Assembly (NCBI GenBank): GCA_037443205.1
Contig: JBBIOU010000012.1
Location: forward strand, 1,570 to 65,569
Length of the DNA stretch: 64,000 nt
Direction of reading: 5' to 3'
Source: Flavobacteriales bacterium
Lineage (GTDB): Bacteria > Bacteroidota > Bacteroidia > Flavobacteriales_D > UBA2798
Below are positions 62,520 to 64,000 of the stretch, piece after piece (within the stretch, counting starts at the first letter, position 1; every line of letters starts with the position of its first letter). The notes under the pieces were generated by a model. The model was not told the origin of the DNA. It made no database searches and worked only from the letters and a program-made list of their open reading frames with translations. The translations under genes were made by a program, and so were the position numbers.

Positions 62520-63214
62520 AGATTCTTAAAAATAGTGGTAATAATTTTATAGCCTGCTAATACAGTTCCTTTAAGCGTGCCTGATATTTTTGATTTACCT
62601 TTTCTGCATCGGTAACTTACGGGCACCTGTTTTATTTTTAATTGTTTTTTTAACGCTTTTACCTGCATTTCTACAGTCCAGCCGTATGTTTTATCTTGCA
62701 TATTAAGTTCAGCTAATTTTTTTGCTTTAATGGCTCTAAACGGACCTAAATCATAATATTTATAACGAAAAAATATTCTGATTAAAAATGTGGCCAGCCA
62801 ATTACCAAAAATTTGCTGTGGTTGCATAGAGCCATGTTGCCGGGCTGATTTTACTCTGATGCCTATAACAAAATCGTAATTTTCATAAACAATAGGTTCT
62901 ATCAGTTTACACATCTCCTGCGGGAAGTCGGAATAATCGGCATCTAAAAAAACAATTATGTCGGGAGGATTTCTTTGGGCTAATACATAATTTATACCGT
63001 TTAAACAGGCTGCTCCGTAACCTTGATATGTTTCGTGTAACACTATCGCACCTGCATTTTGCGCATTTAGCACAGTTTTATCGTTACTATTATTGTTTAC
63101 CACCACAACTTGCCTGACAAGGCTTTTAGGTATATCATTTAATACCAACGCTATGGCATTTTCTTCATTAAATGCCGGTATTATTATATCAATAACAACT
63201 TTTTGCAGGTTCAT
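62516..63214 (-). CDS. GT2 glycosyltransferase, DPM1-like
   Basis: IIPAFNEE, GYGAAC, FLDADYSD, DLGPFRAI and YGWTVEMQ motifs. Confidence 0.88.
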   Translation of the reverse strand: MNLQKVVIDIIIPAFNEENAIALVLNDIPKSLVRQVVVVNNNSNDKTVLNAQNAGAIVLHETYQGYGAACLNGINYVLAQRNPPDIIVFLDADYSDFPQEMCKLIEPIVYENYDFVIGIRVKSARQHGSMQPQQIFGNWLATFLIRIFFRYKYYDLGPFRAIKAKKLAELNMQDKTYGWTVEMQVKALKKQLKIKQVPVSYRCRKGKSKISGTLKGTVLAGYKIITTIFKNL

Positions 63215-63245
63215 TTCCTGCAAATAAAACAATTTTATTGCAAGA

Positions 63246-64000
63246 TTAATAAATAATAATTTTTTTACTTACCGACTTATTGCCTGAATATACGGTAACA
63301 ATATAAATACCGGGTGTAAAATGTATTTGCTGAGTATATTCTTTTTGCAAAACTTGTTTACTATCCAGTAAACGACCGGAAATATCAAAAATTTCAAATT
63401 TTATTTGCTGATTATGAACTGAATTAAATATCAAAAAGTTTGCTTCATTCACTTTAAAATGCCAAAAGCTATCATCAGCAAAATTTAATTCTGCAGCAAG
63501 TATATTGGTATATGTATGCGCTCCGTTCCAATCAACTTGTTTTATTCTGTAATAGTTAATTTCGTTCATTATCGGGTTAATATCTGTATATGAATAATGC
63601 TGTGTATGGTGTTGTATATTATTAGCACTTATGTAAGCAATGCTTACAAAATCGTTATTAGACGTTCTTTTCTGAACTTCAAAATGCGATACATTCGATT
63701 CGGAAGCAGTGCCCCAATTCAGTAGAACTTTATTGGTCTCTTGTTGTAAATTAAAATACAACCACTCTAATGGCAATGCGGTATTGCAGGCAGAAGAATT
63801 ATCTGCGTGGTCAGGAAAAAACCATACAATTACATCATCAATTGCCAAGTGCGGATCATTATTACTATCATTTCTGTCGCTCCATCGTAGCATTATTTCA
63901 TCATTATTTGCAAGGGGAGTAGCTAAAGTTATGCAGGCTTCTAAATCTTCGCTTACAGTACAGGGATAGCCCGATACCTGATTTGAGGTGCCGGGCCCAG
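63246..64000 (-). CDS. 3' part of a T9SS type A cargo protein; 5' end lies beyond the window
   Basis: Frame stays open to the window edge (GPGTSNQVSG...). ALPLEW...W.TASE.N...F...YYRIKQVD Ig-like module, then CTD DISGR..PGIYIV..KKIIIY. Confidence 0.85.
   Translation of the reverse strand, partial: GPGTSNQVSGYPCTVSEDLEACITLATPLANNDEIMLRWSDRNDSNNDPHLAIDDVIVWFFPDHADNSSACNTALPLEWLYFNLQQETNKVLLNWGTASESNVSHFEVQKRTSNNDFVSIAYISANNIQHHTQHYSYTDINPIMNEINYYRIKQVDWNGAHTYTNILAAELNFADDSFWHFKVNEANFLIFNSVHNQQIKFEIFDISGRLLDSKQVLQKEYTQQIHFTPGIYIVTVYSGNKSVSKKIIIY

Noticed and set aside
1-64000. CRISPR arrays, tRNA/rRNA, IS elements, prophage or defence systems
   Set aside because: Intergenic gaps are at most ~235 bp with no spaced repeats or cloverleafs, and no transposase, integrase, phage or defence motifs were seen in the ORFs.

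Overview
Gene-dense, AT-rich chromosomal segment from a Bacteroidota organism. The assignment rests on T9SS C-terminal-domain proteins, TAnnTTTG promoter elements, DUF4783/DUF4293/DUF5606-like genes and A-rich, SD-less start contexts. It is mostly housekeeping: icmF, rluD, ddl, rdgB, rlmH, nadC, lon, purS, pssA, miaE, a menI-F-D-B cluster, SAM-I-riboswitch-controlled metH and an M3 oligopeptidase. A ~16 kb glycan-biosynthesis locus (9.5-25.8 kb) has mixed gene orientation. I saw no tRNA, rRNA, CRISPR array, transposase or prophage. The most notable observations are: (1) a 1074-aa M1 zinc aminopeptidase whose C-terminal ~390 aa carry the ordered motifs of an Omp85/BamA-type beta-barrel; (2) a GC-rich palindromic element read in-frame inside metH; (3) a SAM-I riboswitch with an enlarged, branched P3; (4) strong enrichment of Bacteroidota O-glycosylation sequons in secreted proteins, alongside two GT-C-like membrane proteins and a Wzx/GT/methyltransferase locus; (5) a divergent Rieske oxygenase and reductase pair; (6) sigma54-type sites upstream of lon and of a DUF4783 gene. 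All family calls come from motif recognition by eye; no database search was run.
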